Assembly: GCF_009914755.1 (NCBI RefSeq)
Contig: NC_060934.1
Reading direction: 5' to 3' (one strand)
DNA length: 64,000 bases
Source of the DNA: the human T2T-CHM13v2.0 reference genome, Homo sapiens
The notes under the pieces were generated by a model, which was not told where the DNA came from, made no database searches, and saw nothing but the letters and a program-made list of their open reading frames with translations. The translations under genes were made by a program, and so were the position numbers. This document shows, one piece after another, positions 50,310 to 64,000 of this stretch. How positions within the stretch are numbered: the first letter of the stretch is position 1; the number at the start of each line of letters is the position of its first letter.

Positions 50310-50600
50310 AAAGACCCTGAGCCCCCTGGTCTGTGGAGCTGGGCATATGACCCAAGCTGTCCAGTCACACTGCCCCATCTCCTTGGACTCAGCAGCTGGT
50401 TCAGAGATGGGCATGTGACTAACGCCAGGCCAATCAGAGATCTTCCTTGAGCTGACCGAATTAGAGCTGGCAAGGAAGAGCCTTTGTAAATCAATGTCTG
50501 GTAAAAGATGAGGATAAACCAAGGATGTGCCCGAGGCAATGGCTGGTTAGGGTTTTGGTGAATTTTATTTTTGGCGGTTAGGCTAGCTGTTGTCTTGCCA
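50310..50600. mobile_element. Old ERVL-type LTR remnant (LTR16/LTR33-like)
   Basis: GGGCATATGACCCAAGCTG...GGGCATGTGACTAACGCCAGGCCAATCAGAG motif. Confidence 0.45.
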
Positions 50601-51367
50601 TGTAGACTATGTAAGTGGATAGGATGTTGGAGAGGTGACGTAGGGGAAGAGAGCAGAATGCGCATGTTTGAGAGGCTGAAGAGTTCTGAGAAAAAAGGAA
50701 AAGAGGACAAAAGAGAGGGAAGAAAGATGTGGCATTTGTGACAGGGAATGGAATTCGGGGGAAAGAGAAAGATGACTACAGAGGAGTTTAACATTCTTTA
50801 TCATGTGCTGTGCAATATAAACCACTCTCCTCTCCATCCCCCAAAAGAAGTGTTTAGCAAAATATTGATATATTTCATCAATGCTGCTGAAGTGGGAATT
50901 GCTTTATTTTCCCCTCAACATGAAGATGTTCTGAGATGGAACTGAAGGCATGAAAAGGATGAGTTAAGGGACCCTAGGGACATTTGGTTAAAGGTATAAG
51001 CCCAAAGTTAAATCTGGCCACATTCCAGGCACACATAGAAAGCCTGTCTGCAGCACTGGAGGCAGACACTGAGGAGTAGCTGGGACAAGAAATGGTGGGA
51101 AGGGATGATGGCAAGCCTGGTTTTCTGGATTCAGTTACCCATGAGACCATGTCCACCCCTGCCCTGGTTTTGTGACACTATAACCTTTCTAATTGTGCTT
51201 AAACTAGTTCAAGCTGAGATTTTGATACCCATATGCAAAACGTTTTGATTACACAGAGTCCTTCCAGTTCCCCAGGCACCATGCAGGGATGTATCCTGAT
51301 GCTCTGGCCTAAGCCAGGGTCGCCTGCTCCCTGACTCCCCTCTGTGACCAAGCCCCCTGGCACGCAC

Positions 51368-51605
51368 CTGCAACGTGATGTTGGCCCGTGGCCAGTTTTG
51401 CAGGTCAGTGAACTGCAGGTAAGTGTCCCGATCCACAAAGTTGACACTGAGCAACTTCTCACACTCAGGGCCACCGAAGCCTGGGAGGCACTGGCACACA
51501 GGCCTGTTGCCCTGGTCCACACAGTTGGCCCCATTCTGGCACTCAGTCCCCTCACAGGGGCTCTTGGGGGCAGGCAGATGGGGAGGGATCTCACAGAGCT
51601 GTCCA
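51368..51605 (-). CDS. SLIT1: SLIT1 exon (EGF5-6 linker, EGF6, start of laminin-G)
   Basis: CTCTCAG|T...TTGCAG|GTGCGT; [28 protein letters not shown]...ANITLQ; 238 nt. Confidence 0.95.
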
Positions 51606-51784
51606 CTGAGAGGAAAGGACATAAGTCAGAGAGGGCCAAGGAGGAAGGGAGTATCTTCCTCTCCCACAGCCCTGGAGAGAAATTCACTAAACATCTTGGG
51701 AAAATGGATTCTTAAAGCGACAGAAGATGCTCCTAATAAACACTTTTCATGAGAGAGCTGAGAGCCAGAAGGATACCAGGATAC

Positions 51785-51885
51785 AAGTATGGTCCCTGGT
51801 CCAGCAGCGTCAACATTACCTGGACACTTGATAGAAATGGCAAACCCACTGAATCTGCTTTTTAACAAGATCCAAGGTGATTACT
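51785..51885 (+). mobile_element. MER5A-like DNA transposon remnant
   Basis: GGTCCCTGGTCCAGCAGCGTCAACATTACCTGG...AGAAATG...ACTGAATC...TTTTAACAAGATCC. Confidence 0.6.
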
Positions 51886-52832
51886 GACAATGTCAATAAC
51901 TCTGCAAGGCAGATTTTACTATACCCATTTTATAGAAAAGAAAACTGAGACTTAAGACACAAGCATAAAGAGGGAAGAGTCAAGTTACTAAAATAAGAAA
52001 TAAAAGAAGGGACATTACTACCAACCTCATAGAAATACAGTGAATTATAAAGGAATACTATGAACAACAATATACCAACAAACTAGAAAACAGATGAAAT
52101 GCACAAATTCCTAGAAATATGCAAACTACCAAAACTGAACCAAGAAAAAAATAGAAAATATGAATAGACCTATAACTAGTAAAGGAATTAGTAATCAGAA
52201 AACTTCCCAGGCCCAGATGGTTTAACTGGTGAATTCTACCAAACATTTAAAAACAATAAATACCAATTCTTCACAAACTTGTCCAAAAAATAAAAAATGA
52301 GGGAACACTTTCTAACTCATTCTATGAGACCAGCATTACCCCAATACCAAAACCAAAGACATCACAACAAAAGATATCACAAAAAACTACAGACCAATAT
52401 CTATTATAAATATTGTCACCAAAATCCTCAACAAATTACTAGCTAATCAAGTACAGCATAAAAAGGATTATATACAATGACCAAGTGAGATTTACGCCAG
52501 GAATGCAAGGCTGGTTTGACCTCTGAAATTCAATTAATGGAATACATGATATTGATAGATGAAAAAGCAAAAAAAAAAAGTTCATCTCAATAGATGCAGA
52601 AAAAGCATTTGACAAACTTCAACATTCCTTCATGACAGAAACACTCCACAAACTAGGAATAGAAGTGAACTACATCAACCTGATAAAGGGCACCTACAAA
52701 AAACACACAACTGACATCATACTTAATAATGAGAGACTGAATTTTTTCCTCCTAAGATTAGGAACAACACAAGGATATTTGCTCTCACAATTTCTATTCA
52801 ATATTTTACTGGAAGTTCTAGCCATGGCAGTT

Positions 52833-52975
52833 AGGAAAAAGGGAAAGGAAAGAAAAGGAATGAAGGAAGGAGGGAGGGAGGGAGGGAGAGGGGGAAGGCA
52901 GGAAGGCAAGAAGGAAAGCAGGCAGGCAGGCAGGAAGGAAGGCAAGCAAGGGAAGGAGGAAAGGAAAGATAAATA
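52833..52975. repeat. GA-rich low-complexity repeat (GGAA/GGGA/GGCA)
   Basis: Direct read. Confidence 0.85.
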
Positions 52976-53221
52976 AAATGCATCCAGAAGACATGATCTT
53001 ATATAAGAAAATCCTACAGATTCCAGTAAAATGCTATTAGAATTAATGAAATAATTCAGCAAGATTGTAGAATACCAGATTAATGCACAAAAATCAAACA
53101 AAAAATGAAATTAAGAAAACAATTCCTTTACAATAGCATCAAACAGAATAAAATACGTAAGAATAAATTTTTTAAGTGCAAAACTTATACTTTGAAAACT
53201 ACAAAATGTTGAAAGAAATTA

Positions 53222-53604
<383 letters not shown>

Positions 53605-53657
53605 CTACCTAAATTGATCTACAGATTCAACAGAATCTTTATCAAAATCCCAGTTGA

Positions 53658-54061
<404 letters not shown>

Positions 54062-55877
54062 AGCCAAAACAATCTTTAAAAAGAAAAACAAACTGGGAGG
54101 ACTCACACTTCCCAATTTCAAAATATATTACAAAAACTACAGTAACCAAGAAAGTGTGGCACTAGCATCCAGATAGTCATACAGATTAATGGAATAGAAC
54201 TTGAAGTCCAGAAATATCCTTACATTTAAAGTTAGCTGATTTTGACAAGAGTGCCATGACCATTCAATTGGAAAGAATTATCTTTTTGACAAATAGTGCT
54301 AGTACAACTGTATATCTGCATGCAAAAGAATGAAGTTGGGCCCTCTACCCATATATAAAAATTAACTCAAAATGGATCAATGACCTAAATATAAGAGCTA
54401 AAACTATAAAAGTCTTAGAAGACAACATAGGTATAAATCTTCATAACCTTGGATTAGGCAATGGTTTCTTAGGATACCCACAGCACAAGCAACAAAATAA
54501 AAAATAAACTAGATATGCCCAAATTATTAAACTAGATATACCCAAATTAAACATTTTTGTGCATTATCAAGAAAAGATAACCAACAAAATGGGAGAAAAT
54601 ACTTGCCAACATATATCTGATAAGGGACTTGTCTAGAATATATAAAAAGCCTTTACAACTCAACAACAAAAAGACAAATACCTTAATTTGAAAATGAGCA
54701 AAGAACTTGAATAAAAATTTTTTCCAAAGAAGATATTTTTAAATGGCTAATAAGCACATGAAAAGATGCTCAACATTATTGGCCACTGAGGAAATGCAAA
54801 TCAAAACCACAGTGAGCTACCACTTCACACCCTCATACAATAGTGGTGGGAATTGTGCAGCCATTAGGAAAAAACAGTTTGGTAGTTCCTCAAACAGTTA
54901 AACATACAGTTAACATACGACTCAGAAAATCCACTCCTACGCATATACCCAAGAGACTGAAAAATGTATGTCTACACAAAAACCTGTACAAAAATGTCGA
55001 TAAGATCAGTCTTCATTATAGCCAAAAAGTGGCAACAACCTAAATGCCTATCAACTGATGAGTGGGTAAACAAAATGTGGTATGTCCATACGGCAGAACA
55101 CTGTTTAGCCATAAGAAGGAATGAAGTGCCGACACATGTTACCACACGGATGAACCTCAAAACATGATGCTGAGTGAAAGCAGCCAGTCACAAAGGACAA
55201 CAGACTGTACGATTCGACTTATAGGAAATCCCCAGAACAGGCAAATTTATAGACACAAATATTAGGAGATTAGTAGTTGCCTGGAGCTGGGATAGAAGAG
55301 GGGCTGGTGTGACAGATAAAGGGTATGGGGTTTTTTAAGGGGAAATCAACATGTTCAAAATTGGTTGTGGTGATGGATACACAACTCTGGGAATAAACTA
55401 AAAGTCATGGAATTTTACATGTAACTGTGTAAACTGTATGGTACATGAATTATATCTCAATAAAGCTATTTTTTAACAAATGAGTGAGCAGAGCATGGGA
55501 CGTGGGTGGCCAGAGGGAGGGTGGGCCCTCCAACCTCCCAGGGGAGCCCAGTGGGCTGGTAGATAATCTTTGGGGCAAGACATGTCTTCAGAGGCTCAGG
55601 TAGGCAGGTAAGTGACAGCACACTGCCCTGTCATCTGCACCCACCTCTCATGCCCTCCACCAAACAGGTTAGGGGTCCTCTGCCTAGGCCCTGGGCAGTT
55701 ACATGACTTTCCCAAGGCTGCACAGCTGGTGACTGGCAGAGCCACGGTTAAAACCCCAGCATCCAACTTCCAGGCTCTGACCCACACCCCTTTCCTTCGC
55801 CATGGCTGGAGGCTCCTGCCAGCCCAGGGGCTGACAGCCACAAGGAGTCACTCCTAGTGTGTCCAGGGGCTGCTCAC

Positions 55878-56015
55878 CTGTAGCCCTCAGCACAGAGGCA
55901 GGAGTAGCTGTTGACTTCATCCATACACTGGGCCCCATTCTGGCAGCGGTGGTCCCTGCAGTCATCCTGGTTCTCACTGCAGTTGTCACCTGCATAACCT
56001 GGCATGCACTCACAC
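55878..56015 (-). CDS. SLIT1: SLIT1 exon (EGF4 end/EGF5)
   Basis: CCACTAG|G TGT GAG TGC ATG...GGC TAC AG|GTGAGC; [45 protein letters not shown]; 138 nt; this frame is not in the ORF track. Confidence 0.95.
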
Positions 56016-56957
56016 CTAGTGGGTGGGGGGCAGGGGTAGTTGGGGGGTCAGCCACACAGAGTCTGGGAGGCCAGGGGAGCGCACCAGGGATCCCCCACAC
56101 AGTCTGTACATGTGAGGGAGAACCTCAAGTTCCATTGAGGCTGTGGGGATCTCCAGGAGGTCACACAGAGCTCTGGATCTAAAAGGGCCCCTAGCCCATC
56201 CTGGGACCCTTTCCTAGTAGAAGAGAGCTCATGTGGACTTGAGGTAGGGGCCTGGGGCTGGAAGAGTGGACCCCAGTAGCAGGGGCAGATGGAGTCTTGT
56301 CATGGAGGACCCACCTTCACCAGCAACAGCACATCCAAGGCCAACTGTCAGCCCCTTCCCCACCTCCCCAGCAGCTCAGCTGCACCCTCCCTGTTCTCCC
56401 AGGACCCACTACCATGTGACTGAGTTCCACAGGCTCCCCCACTCCTCTTTCTCCAGCCTCCCAGTCCTCAGCAGGGCTAGTGCCCCCTGCTCAGTGGGTG
56501 CCTTGACCTCAGGTAAGCCCCCAGCTTCCCAGCTGCCACCATGCCTCACTGCTGGCCCAAAACACTCCCTTTGGGCTCCTGTCTGCCTATCAAATAAATA
56601 AAGGATGCACTCCTGTAGCCCTTTCTAGTAATGGCCTTGCTGTCTGTCCTACAGACCTCCTGCTCCCCTGACACCAAGCCCACCTCACCAAGCACTTCCC
56701 TGCCTTCACACCTGTGGATTCCAGAATACCGTCTCCTGTCTGCCTGCATGGTCCAGCCAGCCCAATACCTCACCTCCTCCAGGAAGCCTCTGGAGAGCAC
56801 TCCAGCCCTCACTGAGCAGTCCCCTTGTCTGATCGCCTTCTAAACTCCTAACTCTGAAGCTCAACCATGCAACCTGGCAGATGGGTGCTCTTGCCTGGGA
56901 TTTTTACTCATTTCCTTGTCCAGTGTTTTTCGGGCTATAAGAAATACTTTCAAGCCC

Positions 56958-56960
<3 letters not shown>

Positions 56961-57012
<52 letters not shown>
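56961..57012. repeat. (AC)26 microsatellite
   Basis: Direct read. Confidence 0.95.
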
Positions 57013-57019
<7 letters not shown>

Positions 57020-57914
57020 TTCGAAACCAGATTCATACAACAATACTGATTATCCTTATTATATAAGATGGCATGTTGCTGTCTGATACTTTGTTTCATC
57101 TTTTAATGTTAATCTTGACATTAATATTAAACAGGGGCTGGGGCTCCCTTTATATCCAATTGATCACAGTCTACTAATGAGTCTGGAGTTACAGTCTGAA
57201 AAATGTTACAGTAGCTAAGCCACCACTTATTCATCCATTTAATGACTATATACTGGATATATATCTTGGGTTCCAGGTAATGCCAGGCACAGCTGAACAT
57301 GTCAGTTCCATCTTTCCACCAGGACAGGCAGTTGAGAGAACACGCACTCAACGCTCCACTGTGTGCCACAACCCCGGGTCCGGAGCTAAGCACAATGCTT
57401 GCCCTTCGTGATTGAGGGGCTGTGCTAGCAGCTCCAGGCTGGACAACGTGCAGTCCTGCCTTATTCCACCCTCCAAGGAGGGCGCATGCTGCCCAATCTG
57501 CCACTGCTGATTGGTCTGCCTGCCAAGCCCCACCCCTGGGAGCCCCCGCAGGAGTACAGCGTCCGTCTACCATTTGGATGGAGGCTCTTGTGGGCCCATT
57601 TACCGTGGAACCAGGCCTCAACAATCCTGGGCTCTTGCTTCCTGTCATGGGCCTCAGGCTGCTCCAGCTAGACAGGGGGCTCCTGGGGGACTCCATCTGA
57701 GTCCCTAGGCTTGGGTCCCTCAGCCACAAGCCCCAGGAAGCTCTGCCCTGACCACCCCTTGCTGGCCTGACTGGTGGAATGGGGAGGTCCCAGAAATGAG
57801 ACTACGTTTGCACAACTGCAGTTGGAAGCATTATTTTAAAACTGCGTAACCTTCATAAAGCAGTCTTCAAGTAACAAACATTTTCACATATGCCAATAAC
57901 AACCATGATGAAAA

Positions 57915-58250
57915 TACAGACCAACAACTTTTACCCAAACCTCCTGGGACCAGATAGGTTTTGGAATTCAACACTTTTTAGATTTTCGTAAGGTCAGACA
58001 ATGCATATTATACAACCTGCTGGTAGGAGCTGAGGCAGCCCCGTAATCAGACTTATTCACATTTCTGCCACAAAATCTATACATATTCACATTACGTGGG
58101 ATGAATAACAACAAAAAGCAATCTCACACCAGTGCGGGGCAGCTTTTATTACCAAATACGTCCACCTCAGATCAGATCTGGCCATGAGATGGGATGCTTT
58201 CCCGAGTTTTGTGGATTTTGTAACTGGGGATAAGAAATGGTAGATCTGGA
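57915..58250. mobile_element. TcMar-Tigger (MER46-like) remnant
   Basis: Terminus GGATTTTGTAACTGGGGATAAGAAATGGTAGATCTG resembles a MER46-type TIR. Confidence 0.4.
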
Positions 58251-58254
58251 ATAA

Positions 58255-58440
58255 TAGCCTGGAGCACTTAACAGATGCCAGACCGGGAGCTAAGTGCTTT
58301 CCATGCATTTTCTCATCTTACCCTTGCAATCACCCCAGGAGGAAGCTACTGTTGTGCCCAGTTTACAGATGAGAAAACAAGCTCAGAGCAGGCAAGTGAC
58401 ACATTCAGGGTCATGCTGCAAACCCAGGTCTCTGTGGCCA
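58255..58440 (-). mobile_element. MIR SINE
   Basis: GCTAAGTGCTTT...CCCAGTTTACAGATGAGAAAAC. Confidence 0.6.
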
Positions 58441-58623
58441 CAAAGCTGTGCACATCACCCCTCCACCCACAACCCCGCATGGATTCTCAGGAACCCTGTA
58501 GAGCTGAGACCAAACCCATTGGACAAATGAGGGAATGAGGGTGGGGCACGGAGCCCAGACTGGAATCCAGTCTGACTCAGGGGCCTGAGCTCCTCCCTGG
58601 CCCTGGAAAGGGGCAACACTCAC

Positions 58624-58717
58624 CTGGGCCCATCCGGGGTGCCCACACACTGGGCCTCGTGTTGACATGGGTTCAGATCCGGAGAGCACAAGTCCACCAG
58701 CTGCTCACAGGCCTTTC
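58624..58717 (-). CDS. SLIT1: SLIT1 exon (EGF4)
   Basis: CCCCAG|GA...CCCAG|GTGAGT; [32 protein letters not shown]; 94 nt. Confidence 0.95.
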
Positions 58718-58901
58718 CTGGGGAAAGAACGAGCAAGGGGCAGGAGAGAAGCTGCTCTCCTGTGCTCTGCCGGGCAGCCAGACCCACAGAAATCCTCCTG
58801 CAGACACTGAGGCAGGGATCCCCTTCCACTCCCGAGCATGGGGGCTCAGGGCTGTCTCTGTTCCCCACCTCCCCCAGACACTGCTGCCCTGACGCACTTA
58901 C

Positions 58902-59041
58902 CCTCATACTGCAGGGGGCACTGGCAGGTGTAGTTGCCCACACCATCCACACAGACGCCCCCATTGGCACAGGCATGATCCACACAGTCATCTGTGTTCA
59001 CCCCACAGGTTGGTCCTTCAAAGCCGGTGGGACAGGAGCAC
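58902..59041 (-). CDS. SLIT1: SLIT1 exon (EGF2 end/EGF3)
   Basis: GCACAG|G...GAGG|GTAAGT; [46 protein letters not shown]; 140 nt. Confidence 0.95.
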
Positions 59042-59218
59042 CTGTGCGGGGAAGGGGAGGATGGAGAGACAGCCCTCTTGGAACACTGGTGGAAGCCTGT
59101 GGCTGCCGGTTAATATCACCATTCCACGGAGTTAGGGTCCCTAATCCCGGCCAGGCCCTTGCCAGGTGCTGGGTAGGGTTAGAGGTGACCAAGACTGACC
59201 ATGCCCTCATGGGATTCA

Positions 59219-59765
<547 letters not shown>

Positions 59766-60830
59766 CTAGAGTGGAAGGGAACCCCACAGCTAGTCTTCTA
59801 TAGGGGCCCTGCCCATCCACACAGTCCAATACTTCAGGAGCACAGTGAGCAAAGGGCTGCGGTGAGCAGGAGCCTGGTCATGAGGGGCCCTGGGGATCAG
59901 TGACTTTCAAACCAAGATACACCTTCCCCTGGGGCACCCAAGGTTTTCCAAGGGGTGTGTGGATCAGAGAGAGGTCCAAGAAATTAATTTCCAGATCTTC
60001 AAATATCTGCACGAGCTCTTCCCTAAATTGACCCAGCTCAGAACTCTAAAAAGGTGGCATCTGTCCCAGCCCCAGCCCTTACAGACTGGGGGGTGATGGG
60101 ACAAGCCCTCCAGGTAGAAAGGTGGGCATGCTTCCAGGTGCCAAATAAATGGGCAGTTAGGAATCCTGATGTTTAGAAAGTGAATGAATAAATGCAATCT
60201 AAGTCAAGAGGTTTCCAGTTCTGTGCACTGGAAGTAATTGAAGGAAGGCCTCATAGAACTGTCAGCTGATAGAACATTAAAAATAATCTTGATGACAGGT
60301 CACTGTGGAGATTTGGCATAAAAACTGGGAGGGCTTTCAAAGAATTAAGTGACATGGCTATAATAAAACTCCTAATCTCACCAGTTTATTTACATGAACA
60401 AACTTCCCAGCATTTATATCTATAAAAACAAAACAGGAAAAGATCAAACGCTGTGTCCTCTCTCATTCTGCAACATTCACCCATAAACCAACTGAGAGAA
60501 GAAAAGAACAAAAAAGCACCCATCCATCTCATTAAGAGAGATACAGTCCAATAAAATTTTCCTTCTATGTGTAATAATTTTCAATCCAATTCTATAATAC
60601 AGTTATGTTGTTTCGAATTATTGTAGGGATAACTCGCTGCAAAAGAAACTTTAAATCAGAGGCTTATGGTGATGAGAAATAAGAAAAAAACTTTAAGTTT
60701 TAACTTACGTGTACCCATGTTGGGGACAGAGACGCATGGCAGAGTACTCAAGAAAAGAGTCTAGCATAAAAATATATTTGGTTAGAAAAAAAAGACAGGA
60801 GGGTAAGGAGTAAAATGGAAATACTAGTTA

Positions 60831-61223
<393 letters not shown>

Positions 61224-61281
61224 TTAGATTGCATTGGAGAATGATAAAAGAGTGATTTAATGTCATATTTTTAAAGCTTAA

Positions 61282-61550
61282 TTTATTTTTTTATTTTAGA
61301 GACAGTTTCACTGTGTTGCCCAGACTGGAGTGCAGTGGTATGATCACAGCTTACTGCAGCCTCAACTTCCTGAGCTCAAGTGATCCTCCCTCCTCAGCCT
61401 CCTGAGAAGCTGGGACTATAGGCATTCACCATTACACCTGGTTAATTTTTAATTGTCTGTAGAGATGGGTTTTGCCATGGGGATTTTGCCATGTTGCCCA
61501 GGCTAGTCTCCAACTACTTGTCTTAAGGCCCTTCCACCTTAGCCTCCCAA
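61282..61550 (-). mobile_element. AluJ-like SINE
   Basis: GGTATGATCACAGCTTACTGCAGCCTCAAC. Confidence 0.8.
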
Positions 61551-62635
61551 ATAAAGTGATAGTTTTATTCTTAAATGTTAATAATATTTATAATATCTGG
61601 AAAAATTACCTCCTTTGCAATGAAAAACTTAAAATGAAAATTTTAGCTGTCAATCTAAGGATGTGTGAGGGAGTGTATAGTTTTTAGAATGTATCTGGGG
61701 AGTCTGTGAGTAAAAAGAATTCAAATCACCATTGCAGGAAATGGTCTGTGGTTAACTGTTTTCCCTGAAGGCTGGAGGGGACCAGCAGCAGGGTTTTAAG
61801 CTGGGGTGACAGGGTCAGTTTCACATTTCAGAAAGTGGCCTGTGGTACGAGCTGGGGCAGGGTAGCGGGAGTAGACACAGGTCAGGGGATAACAGGTGCC
61901 CCAGAGAGCCTTGGGGTTGAGGGGTAACTCGTGGAGGCACCCCCTTTCCACCTGGAGAGCCCACTCCCGCAGCCCGCATTCTGTAAGGCAGTGAGGTGAG
62001 GGGGCTGCCCCATCTCCCCATCTCAGGGTGAAGGGGGTGTCCTTTCAGCCCCCAGCTGGGGCGTCTCAGGAATGAGGAGGGCGCGCCCAGGGAGTTGCTC
62101 ACCGAAGCCCCGAGGAGGCTGGGTGCAGAGTGTAAGGACGCCGTTTCCAAGGCAACCAGGGGAAGAGAGGCCATTTAGTGATTCATTTTTACATCTGGTA
62201 ATTTGGGTATGCAGAGGCAGGCTCAGCCATTTCTGCCCCCAGATTCAACATCATTTTCGGAAGAGCCAATGTATTGCGCCAGCAATTTATTTTCAGCAAC
62301 TAAATACTATGTATTCCTCAGAAAAGCTCTGGGAGGGTGGGGCTCATTGGGCGGTCCTGTGGGGAGCAGCCAGTGGGAGGGCGCTTGCGTTGTGATGTCA
62401 GCTCTGGAAGGACTTAAGAGATGGGGTCATTAGGGCTGGCCCCTTCACTGAATAGCAGAAAATGGGCTGCTCAGGGCAGGGCCGGAGGGCTATCCCCTCC
62501 CACAGTGCCCAGTGTGACTCATGAGATGGGGGGACCCCAGAGAAAGCAAACAGGCCTTGGCTCCCACCTCTGGGCAGGCCTCACCCACCCAGTGGCAGCC
62601 CCAGCTGTGTCTCAGGGGCTCAGGGGGCAGCTTGA

Positions 62636-63029
<394 letters not shown>

Positions 63030-63468
63030 TGAATGGAAATTTATAGGAATTTCAAACACCCCTGCTGTGGTCCTTGGCACTGCACTGTATATGCTTTGGC
63101 CATGGAATCCGAGTGCCTTCAAAAAGGCCCCCATGGCACCTGGCAGGAGCAGGAAGAAGGCCTGGAGCAGGAGGCAGCAGAGCCCACTCCAAGCCCTGCT
63201 CAACCCTGGAGCTGGGGAGCTGTGCGGCTTAGGTATCCACTGGTCTCTCTGTGCTCCCACTGCATCTGCGCAAGGAAGGGCTTGGCCTGGTGGGCTTGGA
63301 GAGCCCTCTGGCTATGATTTGGAGTACATGCCTGCCCCCGACAGTGCGCCTCCACCTCCCCACAGGGCACAGGAGGCCTGGGCCATCCCTGATGGAGAGG
63401 AGGGCCCTGAGGCACAGGTGCTGGGCCCATCAGCACTCACCAGGCTCCTGCCCCTCCAGGTAACTCAC

Positions 63469-63566
63469 GTGAACGGGGCATCCTCGCCCTCCTGTGCATG
63501 GCAGGTGCCCCCATTTTCACAGGGGCCACTGGAACAGCTGTCCAGGGACACCTCACAGTCTCGACC
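63469..63566 (-). CDS. SLIT1: SLIT1 exon (EGF2)
   Basis: CCCCAG|GGT...TTCAC|GTGAGT; [32 protein letters not shown]; 98 nt. Confidence 0.95.
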
Positions 63567-63679
63567 CTGGGGGGAAAGTCAGTGATGGGGACCCCAGGGA
63601 GACCCAGGAGTTAGTATGAGCCAACAGCCAGCCAGACCCTCAGCAGCTCAGCCTCTCCCTGTCCCAGGAGTTACTTGTT

Positions 63680-63800
63680 TTCATTCATTCATTCGTCCAC
63701 TTCATTCATTCATTCATTCATTCATTCATTCATTCATATGTTAAGTCATTAATTACAGGTTCACTCAAGCATCTGCTCTGAGTCAGGCAGTGCTCTGGGC
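63680..63800 (-). repeat. (TTCA)n with L2 3'-end remnant
   Basis: (TTCA)n 63680-63736, then CAAGCATCTGCTCTGAGTCAGGCAGTGCTCTGGG. Confidence 0.7.
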
Positions 63801-63865
63801 CCTGGGGACAGCCCTGCAGTGTACACGAAGAGCCCTCCTCCTCCCCGGCCTCTGCCTCCACTCAC

Positions 63866-63990
63866 CTTATAGCCGCTGGGGCAGGCGCACCTGTACACCT
63901 CAAGGGGGTCGTTGTGGCAGGTGCCCTGGTTCTGGCACGGACTGGACAAGCAGAGATCACACTTGGCCTGGACAGCCAGCGTTGGAGGAC
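63866..63990 (-). CDS. SLIT1: SLIT1 exon (LRRCT end/EGF1)
   Basis: GCTGCAG|GT...TATAAG|GTGAGT; [41 protein letters not shown]; 125 nt. Confidence 0.95.
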
Positions 63991-64000
63991 CTGCAGCAAG

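Noticed and set aside
54505-54549. 23-nt tandem duplication TAAACTAGATAT(G/A)CCCAAATTA
   Set aside because: Slippage-type duplication inside a dead L1; no evidence of function.

Overview
Human (primate) genomic DNA, recognisable from the encoded proteins as the LCOR/C10orf12(PALI1)-SLIT1 locus on 10q24. It is not a prokaryotic window: no CRISPR array, rRNA or tRNA. On the + strand, the window opens inside the LCOR terminal coding exon (pipsqueak-type HTH, stop at 824), followed by an ~8.5 kb Alu-free 3'UTR with AATAAA at 9318. A repeat-rich ~16 kb intron follows, then the alternative giant terminal exon encoding the PALI1 C-terminal part (acceptor 25678|25679, stop 30020) with a ~10.8 kb 3'UTR (ATTAAA at 40820). 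On the - strand, convergent, are the last 11 coding exons of SLIT1 (EGF repeats, laminin-G, cystine knot), all GT-AG and phase-consistent. The LCOR/PALI1 alternative-last-exon switch is already known. The most interesting unexplained items are: (1) an internal 5' splice site just after the LCOR HTH (736|737) whose phase matches both a strong acceptor at 3313 and the PALI1 acceptor, so an in-frame HTH+PIP chimera is possible on paper; (2) tandem H3K9-mimic TARKS motifs and candidate acidic-patch motifs in PALI1; (3) a templated insertion inside an Alu; (4) a cluster of perfect palindromes and closely spaced inverted Alus in the switch intron; (5) an L2-donated poly(A) signal for SLIT1. Repeat subfamily calls were made by eye and are approximate.
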